Counted from the first letter of the stretch, positions 29,391 through 39,584 are shown. The stretch is 64,000 bases of DNA from an uncultured Mycoplasmatota bacterium (GCA_946498975.1 CAMMQC010000003.1:1046-65045); one strand, 5' to 3'. Numbers and translations: made by a program. Notes: generated by a model from the sequence alone, not told the origin.

Positions 29391-30401
29391 TTATTTCTTT
29401 AATACTTCTTCATATACTTCTTTTAACTGTTTACCTACTGTTTTAATATCACAAGATTCTGCTATCTTTCTTGCACCTTTACTTACACTTTTTAATTCTC
29501 CATTTAAGAACATTTTTATTTTCTTTTCAAATTCATTGACATCTTTTGCTTTATAAACATTAACTCCATCTGTTAGGTAATTAAATATTGGTATATCTCT
29601 TATTATGGTATTAGTCTCCATAGCACATGCTTCAATGATAGGAATACCTTCTGTCTCTTCAAAAGTTGGGAACAAGTATAAGTCACAACCTCCTAAGGCT
29701 TCTCTTATAATTTCCTGTGGTACATGACCTGGGAACTTTATATTAGGTAAGTCTTTGGCATTTTTTAAAGCTTTTTTAACATCACTAGTCGCTGCAGCGA
29801 TTGGACTTGAACCAAACCAAATAAATTTATATTCAGGTAAACGTTTGGCAAGTTCTACAAAGTCAACTATTCCTTTTCTTCTACTATATATACCAATACC
29901 TACTATTACTTTATCATCTTTCTTATAATCATATCTTTTACGAAATGTTTCTTTATAAGATTTATCAGGCTTAAAGAAATCTAATTCTAGTCCATTAGAT
30001 ATAGCGACTATTTTCTTATTTTCTAATCCTTTGTAATGTTCTAAGATATTTTTAGAATATTCTGTAGGAGTTACAATAATATCTCCATAGCGATAACACT
30101 TAATAATCCACCATTTAAATAACTTACTTGTTAAATGTCCAAAGATAAAACCATCACGATAATCTTCTTCTGTTGAATGAGCATGATATACGATTTTTAT
30201 ACCTTTCTTCTTTAATTTTCTTGCAAGAAAATATGACTTAAAAAAATAAGTATTGATATGAGCGATATCATAAGTATCATTTATATCAGTAGTATAAGGA
30301 ATATTTTCTAATTCTAAAGCTTTCATTTGATGCTGTATTGCTTTACCTAAACCACTTACTCCTATTACTTTTAGTCCTTCTGCATATAATAAAACTTTCA
30401 T
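29391..30401 (-). CDS. GT4 glycosyltransferase (glycolipid synthase-like)
   Basis: HAHST, RKG, FPTFEETEGIPIIEA. Confidence 0.85.
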   Translation of the reverse strand: MKVLLYAEGLKVIGVSGLGKAIQHQMKALELENIPYTTDINDTYDIAHINTYFFKSYFLARKLKKKGIKIVYHAHSTEEDYRDGFIFGHLTSKLFKWWIIKCYRYGDIIVTPTEYSKNILEHYKGLENKKIVAISNGLELDFFKPDKSYKETFRKRYDYKKDDKVIVGIGIYSRRKGIVDFVELAKRLPEYKFIWFGSSPIAAATSDVKKALKNAKDLPNIKFPGHVPQEIIREALGGCDLYLFPTFEETEGIPIIEACAMETNTIIRDIPIFNYLTDGVNVYKAKDVNEFEKKIKMFLNGELKSVSKGARKIAESCDIKTVGKQLKEVYEEVLKK

Positions 30402-30452
30402 TTACTTCACTCCTTGCTACAATAATAACATATATTTTTTTACAAATAAATA

Positions 30453-30482
30453 TTGACAAGCGTTTTTTTACTGTGATATAAT
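30453..30482 (+). promoter_or_regulatory. sigma-A promoter of tRNA-Ala
   Basis: TTGACA-18nt-TATAAT. Confidence 0.7.
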
Positions 30483-30501
30483 CGATTTGTTCTTAAGCAA
30501 T

Positions 30502-30577
30502 GGGGAATTAGCTCAGCTGGGAGAGCGTCACGTTTGCACCGTGAAGGTCAGGGGTTCGATCCCCCTATTCTCCACCA
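30502..30577 (+). tRNA. tRNA-Ala(TGC)
   Basis: Cloverleaf, anticodon loop TT-TGC-AC, CCA end. Confidence 0.95.
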
Positions 30578-30687
30578 TTTAGAATTTATCCTCTGTTTAT
30601 CAGAGGTTTTATTATACATAAAAATTAAGTTAGGCTTGTTCTAGCTTTTTTTGTCATAAATGTAAGTTATTTCATACTTTATATTAG

Positions 30688-31344
30688 GTGGTGATGATAA
30701 TGGAACATTTTTGTCATAATGGCTGTTTTATTTTAGGACCTACTGGTCCAACTGGTCCTATGGGAATATCTGGTGCGACAGGTCCTACTGGGCCAACGGG
30801 TGCAAGTGGTGTTACTGGTCCTACGGGTGCAACTGGTATAACAGGACCAACTGGACCTACAGGCGCTGCTGGTGTTACTGGTCCTACTGGTGAAACAGGG
30901 CCTACAGGGATAATGGGTCCTACCGGGCCTACTGGTCCTGAGCTAGATAATAATTATGCTCTAGTTGTAAATCAAGCAACGGATATTAGTTCTGGTAATG
31001 TAATTCCATTAGCTTTACAATTTAGTGGAGGAACACCTAATATTACTGTAAGTAATGCTACTATTACTTTACCAAGTCCTGGTACTTATTATGTTTCTTT
31101 TAGTTTAACAGGAAGATTTGGTGTTAATCAAAATGGATCTATAATTCCTATTATTAATGGAATACCTCAAGATCGTTTAGCACCTACTAATAATACTAAT
31201 AGCGTTAATAGTGATATTACAATACAAGATGGAACATTAATTCAAGCGTCTACTAATAGTACTGTTCAATTTTTATATACCGGTAGTACTGCTGTTTCTA
31301 GAGCAAACTTTTTTGTTTCAGTTTTTAAAGTATCAAATGTTTAA
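30688..31344 (+). CDS. BclA-like collagen-repeat spore surface protein
   Basis: GPT/GAT triplets then C-terminal domain with GTYYVSF. Confidence 0.8.
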   Translation: MVMIMEHFCHNGCFILGPTGPTGPMGISGATGPTGPTGASGVTGPTGATGITGPTGPTGAAGVTGPTGETGPTGIMGPTGPTGPELDNNYALVVNQATDISSGNVIPLALQFSGGTPNITVSNATITLPSPGTYYVSFSLTGRFGVNQNGSIIPIINGIPQDRLAPTNNTNSVNSDITIQDGTLIQASTNSTVQFLYTGSTAVSRANFFVSVFKVSNV

Positions 31345-31420
31345 TATATTTTTCTCTAGTATAGATACTGCTACTTCTGCTGAAATTATAATTTACGCAA
31401 AAAGACCTAGAACTTGATTT

Positions 31421-32047
31421 CTAGGCCTTTTTATTTTGTTTCTTTTTTCTTATTACAAACCAGTAGTAAAGTGCAACTACAAATATTATTGCTAATATTA
31501 TTAAGATTATATTAGAGAAGTTATCTAGGTAACCTACTATTGTTTCCCATTTATCCCCTACTATACTACCTACTATTATTAAAACTGTATTCCAGATTAG
31601 AGAACCTGTTATAGTATAAAGTAAAAACTTTTGCATAGGCATCTCACTCATACCTGCAGGAATAGATATTAAACTTCTTACAATTGGTATAAATCTACAG
31701 AAGAAAACTGTTTTATTTCCTTTAGTATCAAACCATTTATCGGCTTTTTCTATGTCACTTGCTTTAAGTCTTAATACTTTACCTATTTTACCATTTACTA
31801 TTCTTTTTAATCTTTCTTTATTAAAGATTTTACTAATATAATAAAGTACTATCGCTCCAAGTAGGGAACCAAGTGTTGCTACTAGTATCATTATAGGTAT
31901 ATTAAGTGATGTATAAGTAGTCATAAAACCACCAAATACTAATATTACTTCTGATGGTATGGGTGGGAAAATATTTTCTATAGCGATTAAAAGGAATACT
32001 CCTAAGTAACCAACTTGTTCCATTATATTAATTATAATTTGTTCCAT
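31421..32047 (-). CDS. DedA family membrane protein
   Basis: ENIFPPIPSE, RFIPIVRSLISIPAG. Confidence 0.9.
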   Translation of the reverse strand: MEQIIINIMEQVGYLGVFLLIAIENIFPPIPSEVILVFGGFMTTYTSLNIPIMILVATLGSLLGAIVLYYISKIFNKERLKRIVNGKIGKVLRLKASDIEKADKWFDTKGNKTVFFCRFIPIVRSLISIPAGMSEMPMQKFLLYTITGSLIWNTVLIIVGSIVGDKWETIVGYLDNFSNIILIILAIIFVVALYYWFVIRKKKQNKKA

Positions 32048-32108
32048 ATGTTTCTCCTTCTACTTTCTTTGTCTTTTTAATTATAACATCTATAGTAGTA
32101 ATATGTCA

Positions 32109-32876
32109 CTATAATTTATCTTTATATTTCCTTAATAAGTATTCTTCTTCTAAAAAATATTTATCATTAATCTTAATTAGGTGATGATAGTCTCTTTTAA
32201 AGTCTTTAGTTCTCTTTACTATCTTGCTCTTTTTAAACTTATATTTATGTAAATATCTTTCTAAAATAAACTTTTCTAAATAATAATTTATATTTCTTTT
32301 TTCTGTTAGTAGTTTTATTATTAAGAGAATGATGATTAGTAAAATATTTATAGTAGGATTATAGAAAAAGAAGATTGTAATAAGACAAAGGACGATGAAC
32401 GAGATAAAATATATTATTTTAAAACTAAGATTATAGGATGTTAAATAACAAATAAGTAGTTGCATGATTCTTCCTCCATCTAAGGGATAGATTGGTAAAA
32501 GATTAAATAACAATATACTATAATTTATAGTTCTTATTATTTCTTGATAGTTATAGAAGTATGGTATATTCATTAAAACTAGATAACAGCCTAACTGCAT
32601 AATTGGTCCCATTAAAAGAACTATTAACTCTTCTTTTATAGGACAGTTTACTTCATGGTTAAACTTAGATACTCCTCCATAGGGATAGAAAACTATTTTA
32701 TCTACTTCCCAGTTAAAGAAATAGGCTGTAAAGAAATGACCACACTCATGGATTAAAAGAAGAATAGTAGTAATTGTTATTAGATTAAAATATCCTGAAA
32801 GAAGAGATAAAACTATTAAGAAGTAACAACTTGGATGAATAGAAATCTTACTTAATATATTCTTTATAGTCGACAA
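32109..32876 (-). CDS. spoIVFB: SpoIVFB M50 intramembrane protease
   Basis: HECGH, NLLPIYPLDGG; follows spoIVFA-like gene. Confidence 0.8.
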   Translation of the reverse strand: MSTIKNILSKISIHPSCYFLIVLSLLSGYFNLITITTILLLIHECGHFFTAYFFNWEVDKIVFYPYGGVSKFNHEVNCPIKEELIVLLMGPIMQLGCYLVLMNIPYFYNYQEIIRTINYSILLFNLLPIYPLDGGRIMQLLICYLTSYNLSFKIIYFISFIVLCLITIFFFYNPTINILLIIILLIIKLLTEKRNINYYLEKFILERYLHKYKFKKSKIVKRTKDFKRDYHHLIKINDKYFLEEEYLLRKYKDKL

Positions 32877-33429
32877 AACTACCCTCTTTTTGGAATGCTA
32901 GATATAGATTAGTATCTATAGTCTCTCCTATTAGAGAACCTTTTTCTACATAATCATACATGTTTACACTTGATGTTACATTACCATAGAAAACATCTAC
33001 TCCATTCATCTGCTGTATAATAACAGTTTTACCATATTTATCTTTATCTCCTATAAAAACTACGATACCACTATCTAAAGATTTCACTAAATAATTAGAG
33101 TCAACTGTTAATTTAACACCATCTTCATACATACTTTTATCAGTATAAACTAAGTCTTCATTAAAAACTTCTTTTGTCTCATTAGACTCTTCCTTTGTAC
33201 CTAAGAAATATTTATCATAAAGTGTTTTAAAGTCAGTAAATGGTAGTGATGTGTTATAAACATATTTATTAAAATTACTTTTAAACTCTAGATTAGTTTT
33301 AAATCCTATTAAAAGAATAAGAGTTACTATTATAGTTAGTAATACTTTTGTTATAAAGACTCTTATATGCTTTTTTAAATTGTTATTATGTTGTGGTTCT
33401 TTCTTCTTATAAAATTTAGATTCTACCAT
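32848..33429 (-). CDS. spoIVFA: SpoIVFA-like M23-domain membrane protein
   Basis: TM plus degenerate M23 (GIVVFIG..YGKTVII); synteny. Confidence 0.7.
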   Translation of the reverse strand: MVESKFYKKKEPQHNNNLKKHIRVFITKVLLTIIVTLILLIGFKTNLEFKSNFNKYVYNTSLPFTDFKTLYDKYFLGTKEESNETKEVFNEDLVYTDKSMYEDGVKLTVDSNYLVKSLDSGIVVFIGDKDKYGKTVIIQQMNGVDVFYGNVTSSVNMYDYVEKGSLIGETIDTNLYLAFQKEGSFVDYKEYIK

Positions 33430-33474
33430 TTATATCACCACTTAATTATATGTATTAAGTATAAGAAAAAGACA

Positions 33475-33975
33475 TCAGTTTAAATGTCTTTTATGTGGCA
33501 TATATTTACAAATTAAATATAGTATTTCTCCATAGATAATGTTTAGTATTAGACTATTGTATATTAAATAAAGAGTACTTTCTATAGAAACAGGTACGAC
33601 ATTAAAGATAAATAGACTAAGAGAGAAAATAGTTTGATAAATTACTATTACTAATATAGTTAAAAATAAGTTAGTTAAAAGATTAAGTTCCATTTTCTTA
33701 TAGATAAAACTTACTATTAGTCCTATTAATAAAAAGAAAATAGCGTGGGTAAATAAAAGATTTGTATAGAATAAATCATAAAGGAATCCTGTTATTCCTA
33801 CTAGAATATAATAATCTTTATCTTTTTTCTTAAAGAATGGATAAATTATAACAAGACTAATTAAAGTAAAGTATGGAGTAAATAAAGATAAATCTCCCAT
33901 CATGTAGGGAAGAAAATTACTTAGGATACCATCTAAAAAGAAAGATATTACAACTATTATTATTTGAAATATCAC
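33475..33975 (-). CDS. mreD: rod shape-determining protein MreD
   Basis: Hydrophobic, GFLYDLFY; synteny with mreC. Confidence 0.75.
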   Translation of the reverse strand: MIFQIIIVVISFFLDGILSNFLPYMMGDLSLFTPYFTLISLVIIYPFFKKKDKDYYILVGITGFLYDLFYTNLLFTHAIFFLLIGLIVSFIYKKMELNLLTNLFLTILVIVIYQTIFSLSLFIFNVVPVSIESTLYLIYNSLILNIIYGEILYLICKYMPHKRHLN

Positions 33976-34001
33976 ATAATCACTTTCCTTTCTTTTATTT
34001 A

Positions 34002-35444
34002 CTATTTTTTAAATTTATATTTAGTTGGACCAGATGTTTCAATTAAATTGCTATTTGTTAATAATGTTATTATGTCTGATGCTCTTGATTTTTTTACACC
34101 AAATATTTCTTCAATATTTTCTCTTTTAAACTCATACTGGTACATATATATATCAAATAGTTTTTGTATTTGCATATATGTTTTCTTTCTTGTATTATTA
34201 GGGAGACATTTATACATTCTAATCATAAAATAATCTCTATCACTTACAATATTATCATTCATATGAATACTTTTTATTTCTTCTTCGTTTTGTTTTATAT
34301 ATCCTTTATTAGGAAAAACTACTGTAAATGAAGAAGTATCAGAATTAAATTTTGGCTTAATATCATAATCATTATAAGATTCAACAATTCTAGTTAAACC
34401 ACTACCTCTTCTATCCATAAAGTGAAGTCTGCTAAATATATCAGAAATTACTCTATTTCTTCTCATAGAAGGTATTTTTGTAATATCTAGATTCTGAACA
34501 AAACTACCATCAATCATACCACCTGGAGATGTAATTTCTAATCTGTTATCAAACATATCTATATGAATTTCAGAGCCAATAATTTGATAATCTCTATGAA
34601 TGATAGCGTTAACTATTGCTTCACGTATAGCTTTTATTGGATAGTCTTCTAATTCTACTCTCTTCATTCCTTTAATTTCCCAACTAGTTTTAGAATTGTT
34701 TCTTATAAATATTTCAGCATTTTCAAGCAAGGAAATTATACTACCTGTATATTCTTTATCATCAATGGCATCTCCATCTACTGAACCTTTTATTAAACCT
34801 TTCCATTTAGTGCAAACTATTTTTGACTGTGAAAGAAAACCTTGATCTGATAATAATAAACCGGCATTTGTAATCTTATTATCTTTTGTTATTAATTCTA
34901 AGGATAAATAATCTTTTTCCTTATTTAACTCTTTTCCAGTTTCTTTTTTTAAGGAAGCATTTAATAAAGTGAAACTAACATCATTTATATCAAAGGTACT
35001 TGGCAATTCATCAAAAGTAGTATTTTGGCCTTTTAATATCAAATTATCTAGAATGTGTTTCGGTGCTATGATAGATTGATTACCAGACCTTATGAACGCT
35101 TCTTTTCTACCATCAGAATTATAATAATATGGCGTTCTTGGTCCGTCACCAATTTTAACTTCCATAAAGTCTTTATTTTCTTCATTAAATACATTTAATT
35201 CATAACGAGGTAATGGTGTAATTTTACTATTTATTAACTCTGTTACTTTTTCAGAATCTTTAACTACATCATTCAAACCTACAGGTTTTTTATCAACATC
35301 ACGTACTCCGAATAATAAGCTTCCACCATTTGAATTCGCAAAAGCTGAAACTGATTTTAACCAACTTTTAGGCTTAGTATATTCGACTTTTTCTTTATAA
35401 TCGATATTAGTATTTTCTATTTTATCATAATCGTTCAGACTCAT
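34002..35444 (-). CDS. AlbA_2 (Schlafen-like)/HATPase_c_4/HTH protein
   Basis: SAFANSNGG.LLFGV.D, REAIVNAIIHRDY, SPGG, RRGSG. Confidence 0.85.
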   Translation of the reverse strand: MSLNDYDKIENTNIDYKEKVEYTKPKSWLKSVSAFANSNGGSLLFGVRDVDKKPVGLNDVVKDSEKVTELINSKITPLPRYELNVFNEENKDFMEVKIGDGPRTPYYYNSDGRKEAFIRSGNQSIIAPKHILDNLILKGQNTTFDELPSTFDINDVSFTLLNASLKKETGKELNKEKDYLSLELITKDNKITNAGLLLSDQGFLSQSKIVCTKWKGLIKGSVDGDAIDDKEYTGSIISLLENAEIFIRNNSKTSWEIKGMKRVELEDYPIKAIREAIVNAIIHRDYQIIGSEIHIDMFDNRLEITSPGGMIDGSFVQNLDITKIPSMRRNRVISDIFSRLHFMDRRGSGLTRIVESYNDYDIKPKFNSDTSSFTVVFPNKGYIKQNEEEIKSIHMNDNIVSDRDYFMIRMYKCLPNNTRKKTYMQIQKLFDIYMYQYEFKRENIEEIFGVKKSRASDIITLLTNSNLIETSGPTKYKFKK

Positions 35445-35532
35445 TACTTTACCTCCATTATACTTTGTTATACACTTAATTAATGGTTCGCTTTTTTAAT
35501 ATTAAACTTTACATTTTTAACAATTTATAATT

Positions 35533-35633
35533 GAAAACCGGACTTTTTTTGGAGAAAACCGGACTTTTTTTTAAGAAAACCGGACTTTTTTTCAAGAAAA
35601 CCGGACTTTTTTTCAAGAAAACCGGACTTTTTT
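35533..35633. repeat. five tandem 21-bp repeats GAAAACCGGACTTTTTTTNNA
   Basis: Copies start at 35533, 35554, 35575, 35596, 35617. Confidence 0.95.
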
Positions 35634-36447
35634 ATTGTTTTTCCTCCTTTAGGACAGTAACATAGTGAATATTATTAAAGTTTTGATTGGTCTTTACTCC
35701 TAAAGTTTTACTTAATCCATACTTATCATTAGTAATAGTCTCTACTTCTCCTATATATATTCCTCTTGGAAACATTCCACCTAATCCACTTGTTGTTACT
35801 ACATCACCTTTGTTAATCTCTACCTGGCTATCTACTCCACTGATTAATACTAAGTTATTTTCTTTATCATAACCACTAAGTATGGCAGTAGTCTCTCCTG
35901 TTGTCGTAGCGATAGAAACAGATACTTTATTATTTACATCATTGGCAGTTATAAGTTTTATTTCACTAGAATAATTAGTAACATTTTGTAGTTTACCAAT
36001 AAGTCCATCTTTAGTAATAGCGACCATGTTCTTCTTTAAGCCATCTTTACTACCTTTATCTATTGTTAGAGTCTGATACCAATAACTTCTATTTCTTGAT
36101 ATGACAGTTGCATTAACTACATCATAGCCAGTTAAAGTCTGATTTAAATCTAAAGCATCACGTAGTTGTTCTATTTCTTCTTCTAAATGAACATTTAAAT
36201 TCTTTTGGATTACATAACTTTCTGTTAAATCAGTATCTTTTTGAGCATTTAGGGATGTAAATGGTAACATTACTCCTTTCATAACAATAGTAGCGGCATC
36301 TTTAAAGAATGACTCTACTGCTGTTAGTTTTCTATTTGATGATAGAGAGTAAAATAAAACAAAAAATGCAACGATTATAACTATAATGATAATAATAATT
36401 TTTCTTCTTTTTTTACTTTTTCTATACATAGTATCTATTCCTTTCAA
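35632..36447 (-). CDS. mreC: rod shape-determining protein MreC
   Basis: TIDKG, GLIG, TSGLGGMFPRGI. Confidence 0.92.
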   Translation of the reverse strand: MKGIDTMYRKSKKRRKIIIIIIVIIVAFFVLFYSLSSNRKLTAVESFFKDAATIVMKGVMLPFTSLNAQKDTDLTESYVIQKNLNVHLEEEIEQLRDALDLNQTLTGYDVVNATVISRNRSYWYQTLTIDKGSKDGLKKNMVAITKDGLIGKLQNVTNYSSEIKLITANDVNNKVSVSIATTTGETTAILSGYDKENNLVLISGVDSQVEINKGDVVTTSGLGGMFPRGIYIGEVETITNDKYGLSKTLGVKTNQNFNNIHYVTVLKEEKQ

Positions 36448-36481
36448 AGTTTAGTATACTAATAACTTTTTATTTTTGCAA

Positions 36482-37159
36482 TTAATCTAGTAAATTATTT
36501 TCTAAAAAACTAAAATATTTACTTTCACTAACTATTAAGTGGTCATATATCAAGACTCCATGAATTTTTCCTAGTTCTATTAAATAATTAGTAAACTCTA
36601 TATCTTTTGGACTAGGATTTACACTTCCTGAAGGATGATTATGAATACATATTATATAACTGGCACTAACTTTATAAGCTTCTTTAAATATTTCTCTTGG
36701 ATGAACATTACTCTTAGTCATAGTACCTTTAAATAATAATTTACTACTAAGTACTTTTTTCTTACTATCTAGATAAATACAATAAAAGCATTCTTGTTTT
36801 AGTCCATAAAAAAATGATTTGCAATAGTTATAGATATCTTTAGCATTAGTTAATTTTATATTGTTATTTTCTTCTTCTAGAAATATTCTTTTACCAAGTT
36901 CTACCATAGCAAGGATTTTAGTGGCTTTTACAGGCCCTATTCCTTTTATTTTAATTAGTTCTTGATAATTTAGATTAACAAAGTTTTTCATGCTTCTAAC
37001 TTCCTTTAATAGTTCGAAAGCAAGTTCATTGGCATTAACATTTTTTACACCTTCTCCAAGAATAATGGCTAAGAGTTCACTACTAGATAGGCTGTTAGCA
37101 CCTTTTTTAATTAATTTTTCCCTAGGTCTTTCACTCTTTGGTATTTCTTTTATTTTCAT
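36482..37159 (-). CDS. radC: RadC/JAB domain protein
   Basis: RPREKL, HPREIF, HNHPSG..PS..D. Confidence 0.92.
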   Translation of the reverse strand: MKIKEIPKSERPREKLIKKGANSLSSSELLAIILGEGVKNVNANELAFELLKEVRSMKNFVNLNYQELIKIKGIGPVKATKILAMVELGKRIFLEEENNNIKLTNAKDIYNYCKSFFYGLKQECFYCIYLDSKKKVLSSKLLFKGTMTKSNVHPREIFKEAYKVSASYIICIHNHPSGSVNPSPKDIEFTNYLIELGKIHGVLIYDHLIVSESKYFSFLENNLLD

Positions 37160-37201
37160 TTTTGACCCCCTTCATTTATATTTTATACAATAATTTAAAT
37201 T

Positions 37202-37653
37202 TTACTCTAAAACAAATTCTTGATAATTAGCTAGTACTACTTCATTAATAGAAGTTATCTCATCATTTGATTTAGCTTTGTTAAGTAAAACATCCATTTG
37301 TTCAAGAGTTGCTAGGAATTCTTCGTTTTCAATACTCATCTTTTTAATAGAAGTATTAATATCTTCTTCATTATACATTTTCTTTAACTTTTCTAAATTA
37401 TCATTAGATGATGTTATGGCAAGATAAACAATATAATTAGCATCTTCTTTTACAATTAAATATGGGTCTATATTAGAGACTGCTTTTTTAGCTTGTTCTT
37501 CTGTACTATATGATCCTTCCATTAAAAAATAAGTGCTATTAACTTCTTTAATAACAGTCTCTGATTCTAGTTTGTACTGTTCAAATAAAAAATTACCTAG
37601 TACTGCTCCTATTAAAATTGCCACTAACATTGTTATAAAAAAACTCTTTGTCA
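37202..37653 (-). CDS. hypothetical membrane-anchored protein (likely start MTKSFF; ORF track start 37783 overlaps divergent gene)
   Basis: TM helix then soluble domain; occupies the spoIIB-like position upstream of radC. Confidence 0.55.
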
Positions 37654-37756
37654 TTATTATCACCGTCTTTATATTAACAAAAGATATTTCACTATTTTGT
37701 CGAAAGTTGTAGTAAAATTTTAAGAAAAGTGATAAATTAATAATAGGAGGAAACAT

Positions 37757-38230
37757 ATGAAAAAGAAATTTAAAATTTGGCAAGTAGTTTTAGGAGTATG
37801 CTCTTTATTACTAGTTACTGGTTGTGGTAATAGTAATAATATGGAATCTATGACTTGTACAAGAACAATGAATCAAAACGGGATTAAGACTAGCTTAAAA
37901 TATAATGTTGAGTATGAAGGAGATTATGTTTCAAGAATTAAAACAGTTGAGACAGTTGAAACTGATAGTACTGATATACTTAATACTTATAAAGATCAGA
38001 TAGAGTCTTTATATAGTCCTTACAAAGATGTAGAATACTATGAGTATAATGTTGATGTTACTGATAATAAATTGACTTCTACTGTTGATATTAATTATGA
38101 AAAAGTTGATACTGATAAATTACTTGAAATTGATTCTGCTAATGGACAATTAATTAAAGATGGTAAAATCAGTGTTGATGATATTAAAAGTGTCTATGAG
38201 AGTTTAGGTGCTACATGTAAAAACGACTAG
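37757..38230 (+). CDS. lipoprotein (YehR/DUF1307-like)
   Basis: Lipobox VTGC; AGGAGG RBS. Confidence 0.7.
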   Translation: MKKKFKIWQVVLGVCSLLLVTGCGNSNNMESMTCTRTMNQNGIKTSLKYNVEYEGDYVSRIKTVETVETDSTDILNTYKDQIESLYSPYKDVEYYEYNVDVTDNKLTSTVDINYEKVDTDKLLEIDSANGQLIKDGKISVDDIKSVYESLGATCKND

Positions 38231-38235
38231 AATTT

Positions 38236-39102
38236 CTAGTCTTTTATTTTGAGTGTTAAAGTGTGGACTGTTTCATCTTTAATGAAATTATAGCCTTCTA
38301 TTACTAGGCCATCTGTTGTAGAAAGGGTTGCAAAACCTGGGGCATAAAATCCTAAAGAATAACTATTAGGTTGTAGATTACTGCAACTAGCTACTCTAAA
38401 GGCATTTCTATTTTCTTTAAACTTAAAGAAGTGAGAATGCCCTTTTAATATTAAATCATAATTATAGTGAGGTGGTACTAGGACTGAAGATGGGACATTA
38501 TGTTCTAGTAATAATTTATAATTAGAGCATTTAAGATAGGCACCTCCTGTTCCTAAGATAATAAACGTATCAGATGATAGTTCTTTGTATAAATCAATAC
38601 CTAGTCTTTTGAACTTAGTATCATGGTTACCTAATATGGCATAAGTTATAATATTAGTTGGCCAAATATCATGAAATCTTACAATCTGTTTATAATGCAA
38701 GTTTATTAACTCATCTTGAGTAAGATCACACCTTTCATCATAACTATCTAATATGTCTCCTGTATGTAAAACTTTATTTATACCATTTTGTTCTAAAAGA
38801 TTGAAACTTTTATTAATATAGTATGGACTATCCTTTTCGTTACCTATATGAGTATCACTTATTATCCCATATTTTGAATCTTTTAAGACTAAAGAAAACT
38901 GATATTTGTATTTAAGTTTATTTAGGATTTTTCTTTTGTCTTCAAAAATATCTTTATCATGTAAACCATAATCTAATATTCCTAACATGACGTTATGATT
39001 AAGTTTATATTCTTCTTTTAAGATATCAAAATTTTCAAGTGTTAATCTTTTTACTATTTCTTTATATTTTAAATCTTTTCTCATTATATGTCCTACTTTC
39101 AT
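38236..39102 (-). CDS. calcineurin-like metallophosphoesterase
   Basis: SDTH, GDILD, GNHD, EH, GHSH. Confidence 0.85.
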   Translation of the reverse strand: MKVGHIMRKDLKYKEIVKRLTLENFDILKEEYKLNHNVMLGILDYGLHDKDIFEDKRKILNKLKYKYQFSLVLKDSKYGIISDTHIGNEKDSPYYINKSFNLLEQNGINKVLHTGDILDSYDERCDLTQDELINLHYKQIVRFHDIWPTNIITYAILGNHDTKFKRLGIDLYKELSSDTFIILGTGGAYLKCSNYKLLLEHNVPSSVLVPPHYNYDLILKGHSHFFKFKENRNAFRVASCSNLQPNSYSLGFYAPGFATLSTTDGLVIEGYNFIKDETVHTLTLKIKD

Positions 39103-39134
39103 ATTAATTCCATATTATCATAATTTTCTTTTAC

Positions 39135-39178
39135 TGTGGACAGTTTTTTGAGGTTGTGGACAGAAATTCTGTGGACAA
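39135..39178. repeat. three TGTGGACA(G/A) direct repeats
   Basis: Copies at 39135, 39155, 39170. Confidence 0.7.
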
Positions 39179-39213
39179 AAAAATCAACTACTTCTTTCAG
39201 AAGCGTTGATTTT
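39177..39213 (-). terminator. terminator of tRNA operon
   Basis: AAAATCAAC..CTTCT/AGAAG..GTTGATTTT hairpin with T-tract. Confidence 0.65.
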
Positions 39214-39225
39214 ATTAACTTTAAC

Positions 39226-39301
39226 TGGTGGCTCCAGCGGGAATCGAACCAGCGACACAAGGATTTTCAGTCCTTTGCTCTACCGACTGAGCTATGAAGC
39301 C
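39226..39301 (-). tRNA. tRNA-Phe(GAA)
   Basis: Cloverleaf, CT-GAA-AA loop, CCA. Confidence 0.95.
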
Positions 39302-39313
39302 AAAAATAAAAAA

Positions 39314-39390
39314 TGGCGGTTCCGACGGGGCTCGAACCCGCGATCTTCTGCGTGACAGGCAGACGTGTTAACCAGCTGCACCACGGAACC
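39314..39390 (-). tRNA. tRNA-Asp(GTC)
   Basis: Cloverleaf, CT-GTC-AC loop, CCA. Confidence 0.95.
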
Positions 39391-39391
39391 A

Positions 39392-39467
<76 letters not shown>

Positions 39468-39483
39468 ATATCAAATTTTTAAA

Positions 39484-39576
39484 TGGCGGAGGAAAAGGGA
39501 TTCGAACCCCTGCGCCGCTTGCACGACCTCCCGGTTTTCAAGACCGGTCCCTTCAACCAGACTTGGGTATTCCTCC
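39484..39576 (-). tRNA. tRNA-Ser(TGA)
   Basis: Long variable arm, CT-TGA-AA loop. Confidence 0.93.
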
Positions 39577-39584
39577 AAAATAGA

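Noticed and set aside
35533-35633. CRISPR array
   Set aside because: Units are head-to-tail with no unique spacers; no cas genes in the window
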